The translations under genes were made by a program, and so were the position numbers. This document shows, piece by piece, positions 1-8,871 of a DNA stretch of 64,000 bases. Each line of letters begins with the position of its first letter. The first letter of the stretch is position 1. This DNA is from Brachyspira murdochii DSM 12563. Its GTDB lineage: Bacteria > Spirochaetota > Brachyspiria > Brachyspirales > Brachyspiraceae. Location of the stretch: contig NC_014150.1 in NCBI RefSeq assembly GCF_000092845.1, positions 2,043,510-2,107,509 on the forward strand. Direction: 5' to 3'. A model generated the notes under the pieces. The model made no database searches and was not told the origin of the DNA. It saw only the letters and a list, made by a program, of their open reading frames with translations.

Positions 1-974
1 TCTTTTAAATAATTCTTTGAACAAGCCTCTTTTCTCTCGCCAGGTATTGATATAGTTTCACCTTCTTTTAATGCCGGCTCTTTTCTTATATCATCAATGA
101 ATGACTGAACAGTATTTAAATATGTGTCCAAATCATTATAAACAGCAGGATCTGCAATAAGCATAAATGTAGAAAGATTTCTTTTTTTATCCATGTCTCC
201 GTACATCTTTACTAAATTATTGCAGTAAGCCTGACCTATTAAAAGCCCTGTAAAGGCTTCAACCATAGTCATTATTAAATACCCTTTAACCCCTCCGAAA
301 GGTACAACATATTTTATTTCATTAGGGTCAGAACTAGGATTTCCGTTTTTATCAACCCCCCAATGAATAGGTACTGTTTCATTATTCTCTCTTGCTGTAA
401 ATATGCGTCCTAATGATACCTCGCTTGTTGCCATATCTCCAAGTATAAAATCTTTTTTAGCTGGAAATCCGTAGCTTATAGGATTGGTACCGAAGAAAGA
501 TCTTTTTCCGCCGAAAGGTATAACACAAGGGTCTGTATTAACCATTATAAGAGAAACTTTATTTTGATCTATTGCCATTTTATTATAATATCCTAAAGCT
601 CCTGCATGACTATTATTTTTTATTCCTATCAATGCTATTCCCTGTTTTTCAACAGTTTCTAAAGCCCATTCCATCGCATACTGACTTGCTACATGTCCAA
701 ATCCTCCGTCCGCATCCATCAATGCAAATGCTGGTCTTTTTCTTTCTATCTTAAACTCAGAATGTAAATTTATTCCGCCTTGTTTTATTCTGTTAATATA
801 ATGCTCAACTCTCAATACACCATGAGAATGTATTCCCCTTATATCAGCATAAAGAAGTACGTCTGTTACAATGCCGGCCTGTTCGTTCGATACTCCTGCT
901 GATTTGAATTTATTATATACGGCATCCATTAATTCTTCTGCTTTAACTTTTATCATAATTGCAAAACCTTTCAT
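1..974 (-). CDS. Ldh_2 family (malate/L-lactate/ureidoglycolate-type) NAD(P)-dependent dehydrogenase, 5' part only; the gene runs off the window start
   Basis: Reverse-complement translation from the ATG at 972-974 reads MKGFAIMIKVKAEEL...IRGIHSHGVLRVEHYINRIKQGG...NNSHAGALGYY...PFGGVKGYLI. The HSHG and G-KG motifs are typical of the Ldh_2 family. No stop codon is reached before position 1. An alternative start at the MIKV codon (956) has a better AAAGG ribosome-binding site. Confidence 0.6.
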   Translation of the reverse strand, partial: MKGFAIMIKVKAEELMDAVYNKFKSAGVSNEQAGIVTDVLLYADIRGIHSHGVLRVEHYINRIKQGGINLHSEFKIERKRPAFALMDADGGFGHVASQYAMEWALETVEKQGIALIGIKNNSHAGALGYYNKMAIDQNKVSLIMVNTDPCVIPFGGKRSFFGTNPISYGFPAKKDFILGDMATSEVSLGRIFTARENNETVPIHWGVDKNGNPSSDPNEIKYVVPFGGVKGYLIMTMVEAFTGLLIGQAYCNNLVKMYGDMDKKRNLSTFMLIADPAVYNDLDTYLNTVQSFIDDIRKEPALKEGETISIPGERKEACSKNYLK

Positions 975-1071
975 TATAGTCTTATACTTTAACAAACATA
1001 ATAAAGTTTACATAATTATAAATATAATGTCAATAACTATTATTTTCTTTTTTATAATATATTATTGATTT

Positions 1072-1100
1072 TGCATATATACTGAAGCAATTTTATTTTG
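1072..1100 (-). promoter_or_regulatory. sigma70-like promoter (TTGACA-N17-TATATA on the minus strand) for the Ldh_2 gene
   Basis: The reverse complement of this span reads gaaATTGACAaaataaaattgcttcagTATATAtgc. Confidence 0.3.
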
Positions 1101-1826
1101 TCAATTTCTATATTTTTCTAAATGTACTTTAACTTTTTTGCTTTTATATTTAGTATACGATTCTATAAAATGCAATTACTGCTGTAGCTTTATATCTTAA
1201 TAATTATGTATAAAATTTATGACAATGCTTAAAATTTAGGCAGCAATTTGCAAAAAGCATTCTTCGTTAAATGTAGTTTTAAACATATTGTATAGTATTT
1301 GTTTTTTATGAAGCAGTACATAGATATTTAGATATTAAAATGCTGAAATAATATGTTAGCTTTAAGAATTTATCATATTATTCTAGGCATCAATATTGTA
1401 AATATTATATTTGTAGTGATTTTTAATACATATTAGGATAAAAGTTCTACAAAAAAGAAGTTTTGATAAGTTTTTTATATAAAAAGTGTATGAAACGTAG
1501 TATATAAAGCTAATTTTTAAATTTTTTAGGAAAAAAATGAAAAAAATGCTAAACCAAATTAAACTTTATTCCGAGAAGACCGAAAATTATTATATAGCAA
1601 AATGAGAGTTCAAGTATTTGGCGGTCTCGAACTCCCTATTTGCTTAGTTGATACCATATAATTTGATAAGGATATAATTATTGGCGTGATTATATTCTTA
1701 TATAGGATTTAATGGTATTTTTGGCAACTTTATATAGTCATTAAAGATTGTCGGAATACCTTAAATTCTCTTTAATATTTTTTGCCAATTAGGCACGGAT
1801 GCCTTTTTGAATAAATATCATGGAGG

Positions 1827-2690
1827 ATGACGATGATCATCAATAATAACATTAGTGCTATAAATGCACAGCGTACTTTAAAATTCAGAAATGTAGAACT
1901 ATCTAAAGATATGGCTGCTCTTTCTTCTGGATTAAGAATTAACAGAGCCGGAGATGATGCTTCCGGACTTGCTGTATCTGAAAAAATGCGTACTCAAATC
2001 CGCGGTTTACGTCAGGCTGAAAGAAACACTCAAGACGGTATATCTTTCATTCAAACTACTGAAGGTTACCTTCAAGAAAGCCAAGACATTTTACAAAGAA
2101 TACGTGAATTGTCTGTACAATCTGCTAACGGTATTTATACTGATGCTGACAGAATGCTTATTCAAGTTGAAGTTTCTCAATTAGTAGATGAAGTTAACCG
2201 TATTGCTAGCCAAGCTCAATTCAATACTCTTAACATGTTAACTGGAAGATTTGCTAATCCTAACGAAGGCGGAGCTCCTGTTGCTTCTATGTGGTTTCAT
2301 ATGGGTGCCAACATGGACGAAAGAAGAAGAGTTTATATAGGAACTATGACTGCTGCTGCTTTGGGATTACAAACTCCTGAAGGTGTTAGTATTTCTATTT
2401 CTTCTATAGACAAAGCTAACAGTGCTATAGGTTTAGTTGATGAAGCTTTAATGAAAGTTTCTAAACAAAGATCTAATTTAGGTGCTTATCAAAACAGATT
2501 AGAGCTTACTGCTCAAGGCTTAATGATAGCTTATGAAAACACTGCAGCTTCTGAAAGCAGAATAAGAGATACTGATATGGCTGAAACTTCTGTTAAATTT
2601 GCTAAAGACCAAATATTGAGTCAGGCTAATTTAGCTATGTTGGCTCAAGCTAATACTATGAACCAAGGTGCTTTACGTTTAATTCAATAA
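1827..2690 (+). CDS. flaB: flagellin core protein FlaB (periplasmic flagellar filament)
   Basis: The N-terminus [20 protein letters not shown] and C-terminus [14 protein letters not shown] are the conserved flagellin D0 segments. At 287 aa it matches the spirochaete FlaB class. A GGAGGA ribosome-binding site lies upstream. Confidence 0.9.
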   Translation: MTMIINNNISAINAQRTLKFRNVELSKDMAALSSGLRINRAGDDASGLAVSEKMRTQIRGLRQAERNTQDGISFIQTTEGYLQESQDILQRIRELSVQSANGIYTDADRMLIQVEVSQLVDEVNRIASQAQFNTLNMLTGRFANPNEGGAPVASMWFHMGANMDERRRVYIGTMTAAALGLQTPEGVSISISSIDKANSAIGLVDEALMKVSKQRSNLGAYQNRLELTAQGLMIAYENTAASESRIRDTDMAETSVKFAKDQILSQANLAMLAQANTMNQGALRLIQ

Positions 2691-2716
2691 TTAATTAAAG
2701 TACGTTTTATAAAAAT

Positions 2717-2757
2717 AGCTGGTCTCATTAATTTTAATGGGACTGGCTATTTTTTTA
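2717..2757 (+). terminator. rho-independent terminator of flaB
   Basis: AGCTGGTCTCATTA (loop attt) TAATGGGACTGGCT forms a 14-bp stem including 3 G.U pairs. It is followed by ATTTTTTT. Confidence 0.6.
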
Positions 2758-2771
2758 CAATCTCATTACAT

Positions 2772-3085
2772 CCCCCACCCTTTAAAATCAGATGTTTTTA
2801 TTTTTCATTATAACTTTATTAATATTTAAAAGTTTTGATTATTAAAGACAAGCCCGCCCAAGCGTTTTATAAATTTATTGTTTCACTCACCCGCACGTTT
2901 AATTAAATTTTGAATATTAATAAAATGTGTTTTTTTAATTTGTTTATATTTTATTAATTTAGCTCTGCGTGCGGAGAATAGACTGTAATATTTAAATAAA
3001 GCTAGGGTGTGGGCTTTAAATAACAGATGAAGTTATAAATATATAGTGATTATCAAAATAGCAGTATTAATTATCAACTTTAAAG
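2772..3085. repeat. intergenic GC-box repeat element, copy 1 (an extended version)
   Basis: GC-rich boxes occur in a fixed order within AT-rich DNA: CCCCCACCCTTTAAAA, GCCCGCCCAAGCGTTTTA, CACCCGCACGTTTAATTAAA and CTGCGTGCGGAG. Two further boxes GGTGTGGGCTTTAAAT and TTTAAAGGTGGGCGGGG follow. The last is the inverse of the first box. Confidence 0.5.
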
Positions 3086-3170
3086 GTGGGCGGGGAGTTA
3101 AAATAATATTGAAAAAAATATAAGTTATATTTATACTATTTTAATAAATATAATAAATGAGGGATTTTTT

Positions 3171-3803
3171 ATGACAGTTCAGGAAGAATATTTTCAAAGA
3201 TTATCTTTAGTTTTAAAAGAAAAGTTTAATAAAAAAGGTTTTGCTTTTGATAGTTTCAGCAGTAAGGAAGATGCAAAAAAGTTTGTATTATCTCTTATAA
3301 AAGAGAATGATACTATTACATTTGGCGGAAGCATATCAGTTAATGAAATGGGCATATTAGAAGATTTGAAAGGCTATAAGAATTTTATTGACAGAAATAA
3401 TAAAGAATTAAAAGCAGAAGCAGAGATAAAAGCATTTGCAAGCGATGTTTATTTGTGTTCGGCTAATGCTGTAACAAAAAATGGTGATATTGTATCTACA
3501 GACGGCGGCGGAAACAGAGTTGCTGCTACTATTTATGGACCTAAAAAAGTATTTTTAATTGTTGGAAGAAATAAGGTTTGTAATACTGTAGAAGATGCTG
3601 TAAAAAGAGTAAGAAGTATTGCGGCAGGAGAAAACTCAGTAAGATTTAAAGTAGATAATCCTTGCTGCAAAGGTGATATGATTTGCGATGAGGAAAACTG
3701 CGATATAGAAAATAGATTATGTGCTTATACTATTATAGTTAACAAATGCCATATAAAAGACAGAATACATATAATATTTATAGATGAGGAATTAGGATTT
3801 TAG
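3171..3803 (+). CDS. LUD (DUF162, LutC/YkgG-like) domain protein with a Cys-rich C-terminal tail
   Basis: 210 aa. The core ...ASDVYLCSANAVTKNGDIVSTDGGGNRVAATIYGPKKVFLIVGRNKV... follows the DUF162 pattern. The C-terminus has a C-x-C-x4-C-x6-C-x7-C cluster. No lutA/lutB homologues are adjacent. Confidence 0.5.
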   Translation: MTVQEEYFQRLSLVLKEKFNKKGFAFDSFSSKEDAKKFVLSLIKENDTITFGGSISVNEMGILEDLKGYKNFIDRNNKELKAEAEIKAFASDVYLCSANAVTKNGDIVSTDGGGNRVAATIYGPKKVFLIVGRNKVCNTVEDAVKRVRSIAAGENSVRFKVDNPCCKGDMICDEENCDIENRLCAYTIIVNKCHIKDRIHIIFIDEELGF

Positions 3804-3884
3804 TTTTAAATAAAAAATAAATATAAACTTTTAAAAAAGGCTTACTAATTTAATAGCAAGCCTTTTTATTAAAAATATTATTTT

Positions 3885-6800
3885 TTATTGTCCGTTATTC
3901 ATAGAAGCTAAATACTGCATTATCTGAAGTCTTCTGCTTTCTACATCTTTGTCCAAATTAGCTATAACATCATTAGTTGCTGCTAAAGGCGACATTACTC
4001 TTTTGAAGTCATTATATATATTTAAAGCCTCTATAACTTTGTTTTGTTCTATATATATATGACCTATAGCATATAAGGCAAAAGCACCGTCCTGATTAAG
4101 CTCATTAGTGTATTTAGAATATGTACTTACAGCTTCATCATACATTTTACTGTTGAGATATATATTAGCTAAATCAAATTCAAGTCCTGTTCTTTCGTCT
4201 TTAGTTAAATCTCTCATTTTAAGAGTATCAATTAATGTATTTATAGAACTCGCAGTGTCTCCTATGTTAGCATATAGTATTGATATATCTTTATTAACAG
4301 CTACCATATGCTCTCTTGTTCTTGCTCTTTTTCTAGCCTCTAATTTTGCCCATAGAGTTTCTTCTATATCCTGTCTGTTTTGATATATATAATTAGCATA
4401 AGAAGAATAGCTTTCAAAAGTATCTTCTTTCACAGCCTGAGCTTTAAGATTATCAGCCTGCTGTCTTGTAGTTTTAAGCTGTGCATCTATTCTAGCAATA
4501 AATTGTTTTATCTGCTGATAAGTTTGATTCTGCTCTCTTGCCGCATCTCCCATATCTTTTCCTCTGTGGAAAGTTTTTTCTGCTCTGGTAAGCACATCTT
4601 TGGCTTTATTTAAATACTCTGCCTCTTTATCATAAGGGGTATCTTTTGAGCGTGCCAAATATTCATAAGAAGCAGCTAAGTTAAAATAAGCAGGATAAAT
4701 AAGTTTTTCTAATTTTATAAGCTCTTCAAACATTAAAGCCGCTCTTTCATAATTGCCGTCCATAATAGCCTGATTGCCCACAGCAAAGTATACATTAGAC
4801 ATATCAAAACCTATAGTAAGCATTCTTTCTTCTTCCTGCTTTTTTAAGTCCTGAAACTCTGCTATTTTTTGATTAGCTTCATCTCTTGTAATGCCGTTTT
4901 TAGCAATGTCTCCATTACCCATAAAGCCTAAAAGTTTTTGATACATTTTTATTTTTCTGTTATACATATCTATTTTAGCAAGAGAATATGAACTTACAAA
5001 TATCTCTCTTGTTAAGAAATCATAATGAGAAATCTCTTCAGCAGTTCCCTGCATAGTATAGCTGTTCCAGTAATCTTCTTCCGTTTTAAACTCTGGGAAA
5101 GGAAGCTCATACATTTTTACGAAAGTTATCTCTTCGTTTCCGTCATAAATATTTTTTCTTGCTGCTGAAATTAAGCCTTCATCTAATAATGCATTTAAAT
5201 CTGCTGCTATTTTTTCATTCTCATAATCTCTTTTTAAATGCTCTTTAGCAATATCTTTATAGTCATTAACAGTAAGTACCTTAAAGAACTCTAATTCATC
5301 AACTAAAGCATATTTAATAGGCTGAACTTTGAATACTAAACCATAAGCCTTGAAGTAGTAATCACCAAGCCTGTAAAGTCCGTCTCGTCTCCAAGCCATA
5401 TAATAAGGTCTGCCAGACTCTATAAAGTCTTTATCAACGGCATCGCTTATATCTCCTAGCCATCTGCCGTCTGTTTTCATAAGGTTTCCGTATATTCTTT
5501 CAAATACATTACCCTTTTGGTCATATATTTTTAAATCTGGTCTTCTTCTTTCAACCATAGTGTAATATACAAGTCCGAATACTTGGTTGTCTCCTCCTTC
5601 TGTAGCAAATATTGCATTATCTGGAAGAGAGTTCATCATATTGTATGAATAGTCATGGTTGCTAAAATCTTTTGAGTTATTATTACGGCTTAGATTCATT
5701 ACAAATATAGGAATCATTATTGCAAATATTGCTATAAGTGATATTGCATGATAAGGTTTTAATGTGGTATCTGCACTTTCTTCTTTAGAAGGTTTTAATA
5801 CATTTTTTATATTAGTATTAAAATATTCCATATACCATTGAAAACCAAAGCCTATTATCACAAGCATATATAAAGTTGCTGGAAGGAAGAATACTTCTAC
5901 AAATGATAAAGTTCTAACACTTGGAGGCGGATTAGTATATGCCATAAGTGATACGGCAAAACTTAAAAGCCCAAATACTGAGAATATACCTATAAATTTA
6001 TTTTTCTTAAATATTTGAAATAGTCCCGGTATTAAGAACAGTAATCCTAATACTGTCAATTGAGTTTTGAATATATTTATCAAAGCAGATACTTGTTCTG
6101 GGTGAAGTATGAATGCTGCAGCAACATCGTTTCCAGAAGTACCGTACTGTTTTCTATGTATCATACTAAATAAATAGCTTAAATTTTCCCAGCCTGAAGG
6201 TTCATTTAATTGTCCCCAGTTTAGAGGAGGCAAAGCTCTTGCTCTTATAGGCATGTACGCATATATCATAACGCCTACTGCAAGCATTAAAAGCATTTTA
6301 TAATATGATATTGATATGCCTGTTATAAAATCATTATCATTATTAAATTTATCTATTTTGCACAAGAAATATCTATATACTAAGCACCAAACAACTACTA
6401 AAAATAAAGGCCAGAATACTAAAAACATTCCCTTGTATAGAGTAGGGTAGAATGGAGCTTTAAGATTCTGTATCATATCTGGTCTTAAATAAGAACCGTT
6501 TGCAAGTGCTGTAAATATATCGCTCATTATATTCATATCAGCAAAAGGCTTAAATATTATAGAGAATATTGAATCATTAGAAGCTACCCCCGGAGGAAAA
6601 TATAAATAAGCCTCATAATTCATAATAAATCTATAGTATCCGAAACCGCCTATAAATAATAATACCAAAAATACGAATATTGATATAAAAGAAGTTTCTA
6701 TATGATTAATGTATCTGTCTTTATGAACCAAAAATAAAACTATTGCTATAAACAAAAGCGGAGCAAAAGCAAAAGGTAAAGTTACATGGTGATTTGCAAG

Positions 6801-7622
6801 TGCTACACCATAAAGAAATCCAAAAGCCATTAAATATTTGTTTCCATAATAAGGCACTTCATCATCGGCATGTTTCCATACATTTTCAAACCAATAAACA
6901 AGTATTAAAAGCATAGAAGCTATTTGAAGTATGTTCAAACTGTAAACTTCTGCCATAGTAGCCTGTGCCCACATATTATCAGATATAGCGAATGCAATAC
7001 TTGCAAAAAGTGCTGGTATTTGTACTATTGGAGAAAATCCTCTTTCAACTCTGTTTTGACCCAATACTTTTACCATAATAAGATAGAAGAAAATCATAGC
7101 AATAGCAGCACAAGTACCAGAAAATAAATTGGTTCTCCAAGCTATATTTCCTACTGGTATATAAGTAAATAATTTGGACATTAAAGTGTAGAAAGGATAT
7201 CCCGGGGCATGCCCTACACCCAAGAAGTAAGCAGCCGTTGTAAGCTCTCCGTTATCTCCTGCTGAAAGTGAAGGAGTGAGTGTAAACAGATACAAAAAGA
7301 ATGTGAAAAGAAAAGCTATAGCAGCAAATACAGCGTCTATTTTTGAAAGATGATATGGTTTTATTTCATACCTTTTAAAAATAGGCTCCTCATTATCTTT
7401 TTTTGAGAATAGTTTTGAAAGTATATTTCCGCTGTTTTCTTTATTAGATTTTTCTTTTTTACTATTATTTTTTGTACTAGTTTTTTGACTATTTTGCAGA
7501 TTATTAATATATTCTTCTATTAATTCTCTGTCTTTTTCTAGCTTTTTTGTAAGCTCATCAATGCTTTTATTTTTATAATTAGCTTTGATATATTCTTTTT
7601 CCAGATGTGAAAGTTTTGCCAT
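3885..7622 (-). CDS. large polytopic membrane protein: charged N-terminal coiled-coil segment, GT-C/PMT-like (DUF2723-like) multi-TM core, C-terminal TPR repeats
   Basis: 1245 aa. The first ~80 aa are K/E/N-rich. Roughly 12 or more hydrophobic helices span residues 90-640. The C-terminal 350 aa contain repeated A-x-Y-x-x-A-x-x-Y TPR-like units. Confidence 0.45.
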   Translation of the reverse strand: MAKLSHLEKEYIKANYKNKSIDELTKKLEKDRELIEEYINNLQNSQKTSTKNNSKKEKSNKENSGNILSKLFSKKDNEEPIFKRYEIKPYHLSKIDAVFAAIAFLFTFFLYLFTLTPSLSAGDNGELTTAAYFLGVGHAPGYPFYTLMSKLFTYIPVGNIAWRTNLFSGTCAAIAMIFFYLIMVKVLGQNRVERGFSPIVQIPALFASIAFAISDNMWAQATMAEVYSLNILQIASMLLILVYWFENVWKHADDEVPYYGNKYLMAFGFLYGVALANHHVTLPFAFAPLLFIAIVLFLVHKDRYINHIETSFISIFVFLVLLFIGGFGYYRFIMNYEAYLYFPPGVASNDSIFSIIFKPFADMNIMSDIFTALANGSYLRPDMIQNLKAPFYPTLYKGMFLVFWPLFLVVVWCLVYRYFLCKIDKFNNDNDFITGISISYYKMLLMLAVGVMIYAYMPIRARALPPLNWGQLNEPSGWENLSYLFSMIHRKQYGTSGNDVAAAFILHPEQVSALINIFKTQLTVLGLLFLIPGLFQIFKKNKFIGIFSVFGLLSFAVSLMAYTNPPPSVRTLSFVEVFFLPATLYMLVIIGFGFQWYMEYFNTNIKNVLKPSKEESADTTLKPYHAISLIAIFAIMIPIFVMNLSRNNNSKDFSNHDYSYNMMNSLPDNAIFATEGGDNQVFGLVYYTMVERRRPDLKIYDQKGNVFERIYGNLMKTDGRWLGDISDAVDKDFIESGRPYYMAWRRDGLYRLGDYYFKAYGLVFKVQPIKYALVDELEFFKVLTVNDYKDIAKEHLKRDYENEKIAADLNALLDEGLISAARKNIYDGNEEITFVKMYELPFPEFKTEEDYWNSYTMQGTAEEISHYDFLTREIFVSSYSLAKIDMYNRKIKMYQKLLGFMGNGDIAKNGITRDEANQKIAEFQDLKKQEEERMLTIGFDMSNVYFAVGNQAIMDGNYERAALMFEELIKLEKLIYPAYFNLAASYEYLARSKDTPYDKEAEYLNKAKDVLTRAEKTFHRGKDMGDAAREQNQTYQQIKQFIARIDAQLKTTRQQADNLKAQAVKEDTFESYSSYANYIYQNRQDIEETLWAKLEARKRARTREHMVAVNKDISILYANIGDTASSINTLIDTLKMRDLTKDERTGLEFDLANIYLNSKMYDEAVSTYSKYTNELNQDGAFALYAIGHIYIEQNKVIEALNIYNDFKRVMSPLAATNDVIANLDKDVESRRLQIMQYLASMNNGQ

Positions 7623-7708
7623 TAATTATTTACCTCTTATTTCATTATATATTCAATAGTTTTCGATTGTTATTGTATTTTGGATATATGCGGCAATGAA
7701 GTTATTTT

Positions 7709-7748
7709 GTACTTTTTCCCGCCGCAAAAAGTACCAAAAAGTGCAAAT
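7709..7748. promoter_or_regulatory. conserved hairpin motif, copy A: 9-bp A/T stem GTACTTTTT/AAAAAGTAC, loop CCCGCCGC, tail CAAAAAGTGCAAAT
   Basis: The palindrome is perfect. A second copy of the same architecture lies at 32603-32643. This copy sits ~90-130 nt upstream of the start codon of the minus-strand gene 3885-7622. Confidence 0.4.
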
Positions 7749-7936
7749 ACCTATTATCTATTAGTTTATATAACTTTACATAATAATATAATTTTTTAAA
7801 TAATTCAACTATAGAAATTACTATTATATAATAAAATCGCTTATTATTCAAGAATGTAAAACCTATTTTATATTGAAATAAAATAAGTTTTAAATTATAG
7901 TAGAATTATATTTAGAAGACATATTTAGGAAATAAA

Positions 7937-8416
7937 ATGAAATTCTTGAAAAAAATAGATATTATATTAATACTCATTATAATTTCTTACATCTTTTATA
8001 ATGATTTGATAAAAAATAATAATAAAAACTTAGAAAACAATATTCATAAATTAAACTATATAGAAAATAACTATATTATAGAAAATAATTATAATACAGA
8101 CTCTGAAATTGAATATCAAAATATAAGAAGAAGAAGATACAGACATGATCTTGACCTTGAAGGGGACAGAGTATTTATTATGTTCACAGGCTCTCTTATT
8201 ATAGGTTTTTTACTTAGTCTTATATTATCATCAAAAAATAAATTCTATAAAAAAGAATTAATACCTGCTAAAATAATACTCATTTTATCTGTTATAATTA
8301 CAGGGATAATTATTTTTATAAACTATGAAAATATAAAAAACATATTGGAGTATTTATCTTTGCCTATAGGCTTTATAATAGGCTTTGTATTGGCAAAATT
8401 AATATTTAAAAAATAA
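7937..8416 (+). CDS. small N-rich membrane protein, paralog family member P1
   Basis: 159 aa with an N-terminal TM anchor, an N/I/E-rich linker, an IRRRRYRHD basic motif and 2-3 C-terminal TM helices. It is paralogous to 12398-12970 (the aligned segment is IRRRWNRDRYHYD). Confidence 0.5.
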   Translation: MKFLKKIDIILILIIISYIFYNDLIKNNNKNLENNIHKLNYIENNYIIENNYNTDSEIEYQNIRRRRYRHDLDLEGDRVFIMFTGSLIIGFLLSLILSSKNKFYKKELIPAKIILILSVIITGIIIFINYENIKNILEYLSLPIGFIIGFVLAKLIFKK

Positions 8417-8448
8417 TATATTTACTTAAATTAAACTTTATTTTAATT

Positions 8449-8650
8449 ACCGCCCTTTAAGATTTGTAAGCCTATTTTTTATTAATAATCTTCATCTATA
8501 TTTAAAAGTTACATTTATAATTTTTAACACCCACCAATTTTTTTTAAATTTATTATTCTATTACCGCACGCAGAATTAAACTAAAAATATATATTTATTT
8601 ATAATTCAAATTTTATCATTCTTTAAATTTCATTTACCGTGTGTTAAATC
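8449..8650. repeat. intergenic GC-box repeat element, copy 2
   Basis: The first ~95 bp (CCGCCCTTTAAGATTTGTAAGCC...TTTAAAAGTTACATTTATAATTTTTAACACCCACC) are roughly 90% identical to 11036-11125, judged by eye. Further boxes are CCGCACGCAGAATTAAAC and CCGTGTGTTAAATC. Confidence 0.6.
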
Positions 8651-8871
8651 TAATCAAAGCCTAATATATATTATAATTAATCTTTCAGCTAAATATAAAA
8701 TACAATTCATAAATAACAACAAAAAAGTAACTATATATTGAATAATCAAACTATTAAAATATATTTTTATACTTTTTTTGTACACAACTATATTTTTATA
8801 GTAAATAAACATTGACAAAAAATAAAACTCATAGTACTTTTTTTGCAAAATATTATTTAAGAGGTTATAAA

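Noticed and set aside
572-1068. Plus-strand ORFs 572-754 and 871-1068
   Set aside because: They overlap the minus-strand Ldh_2 gene or its promoter and are low-complexity.
1590-1660. GC-containing stretch GGCGGTCTCGAACTCCC resembling a tRNA T-arm
   Set aside because: No acceptor stem or anticodon arm could be built. The T-loop match GTTCGAGAC is imperfect.
1954-2184. Embedded and antisense ORFs from the track. Those checked by eye were 1954-2184, 4108-4613, 6924-7127, 16990-17247, 18242-19946, 20538-21011, 22049-23513, 27459-28553, 34534-34770, 37865-38167, 40017-40214, 44838-46799, 48276-48515, 51334-51588, 53292-54746, 55983-56183, 57084-57778, 59382-59579, 60469-61119, 61535-62456, 62611-62889 and 63533-63733.
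   Set aside because: They lie wholly inside longer, well-supported genes, mostly antisense, and are low-complexity I/F/L/S-rich, as expected from AT-rich frames.
7709-7748. Sigma54 (-24/-12) promoter reading of the hairpin motif (TGGTAC...TTGC on the minus strand)
   Set aside because: The GG-to-GC spacing is 10 rather than 12, and the second copy lacks the TGGCAC-like element.
8812-8871. ORF-track start at 8812 for the lipoprotein (MTKNKTHSTFFAKYYLRGYK...)
   Set aside because: The downstream ATG at 8872 gives a canonical signal peptide plus lipobox Cys. The upstream extension overlaps the predicted promoter.
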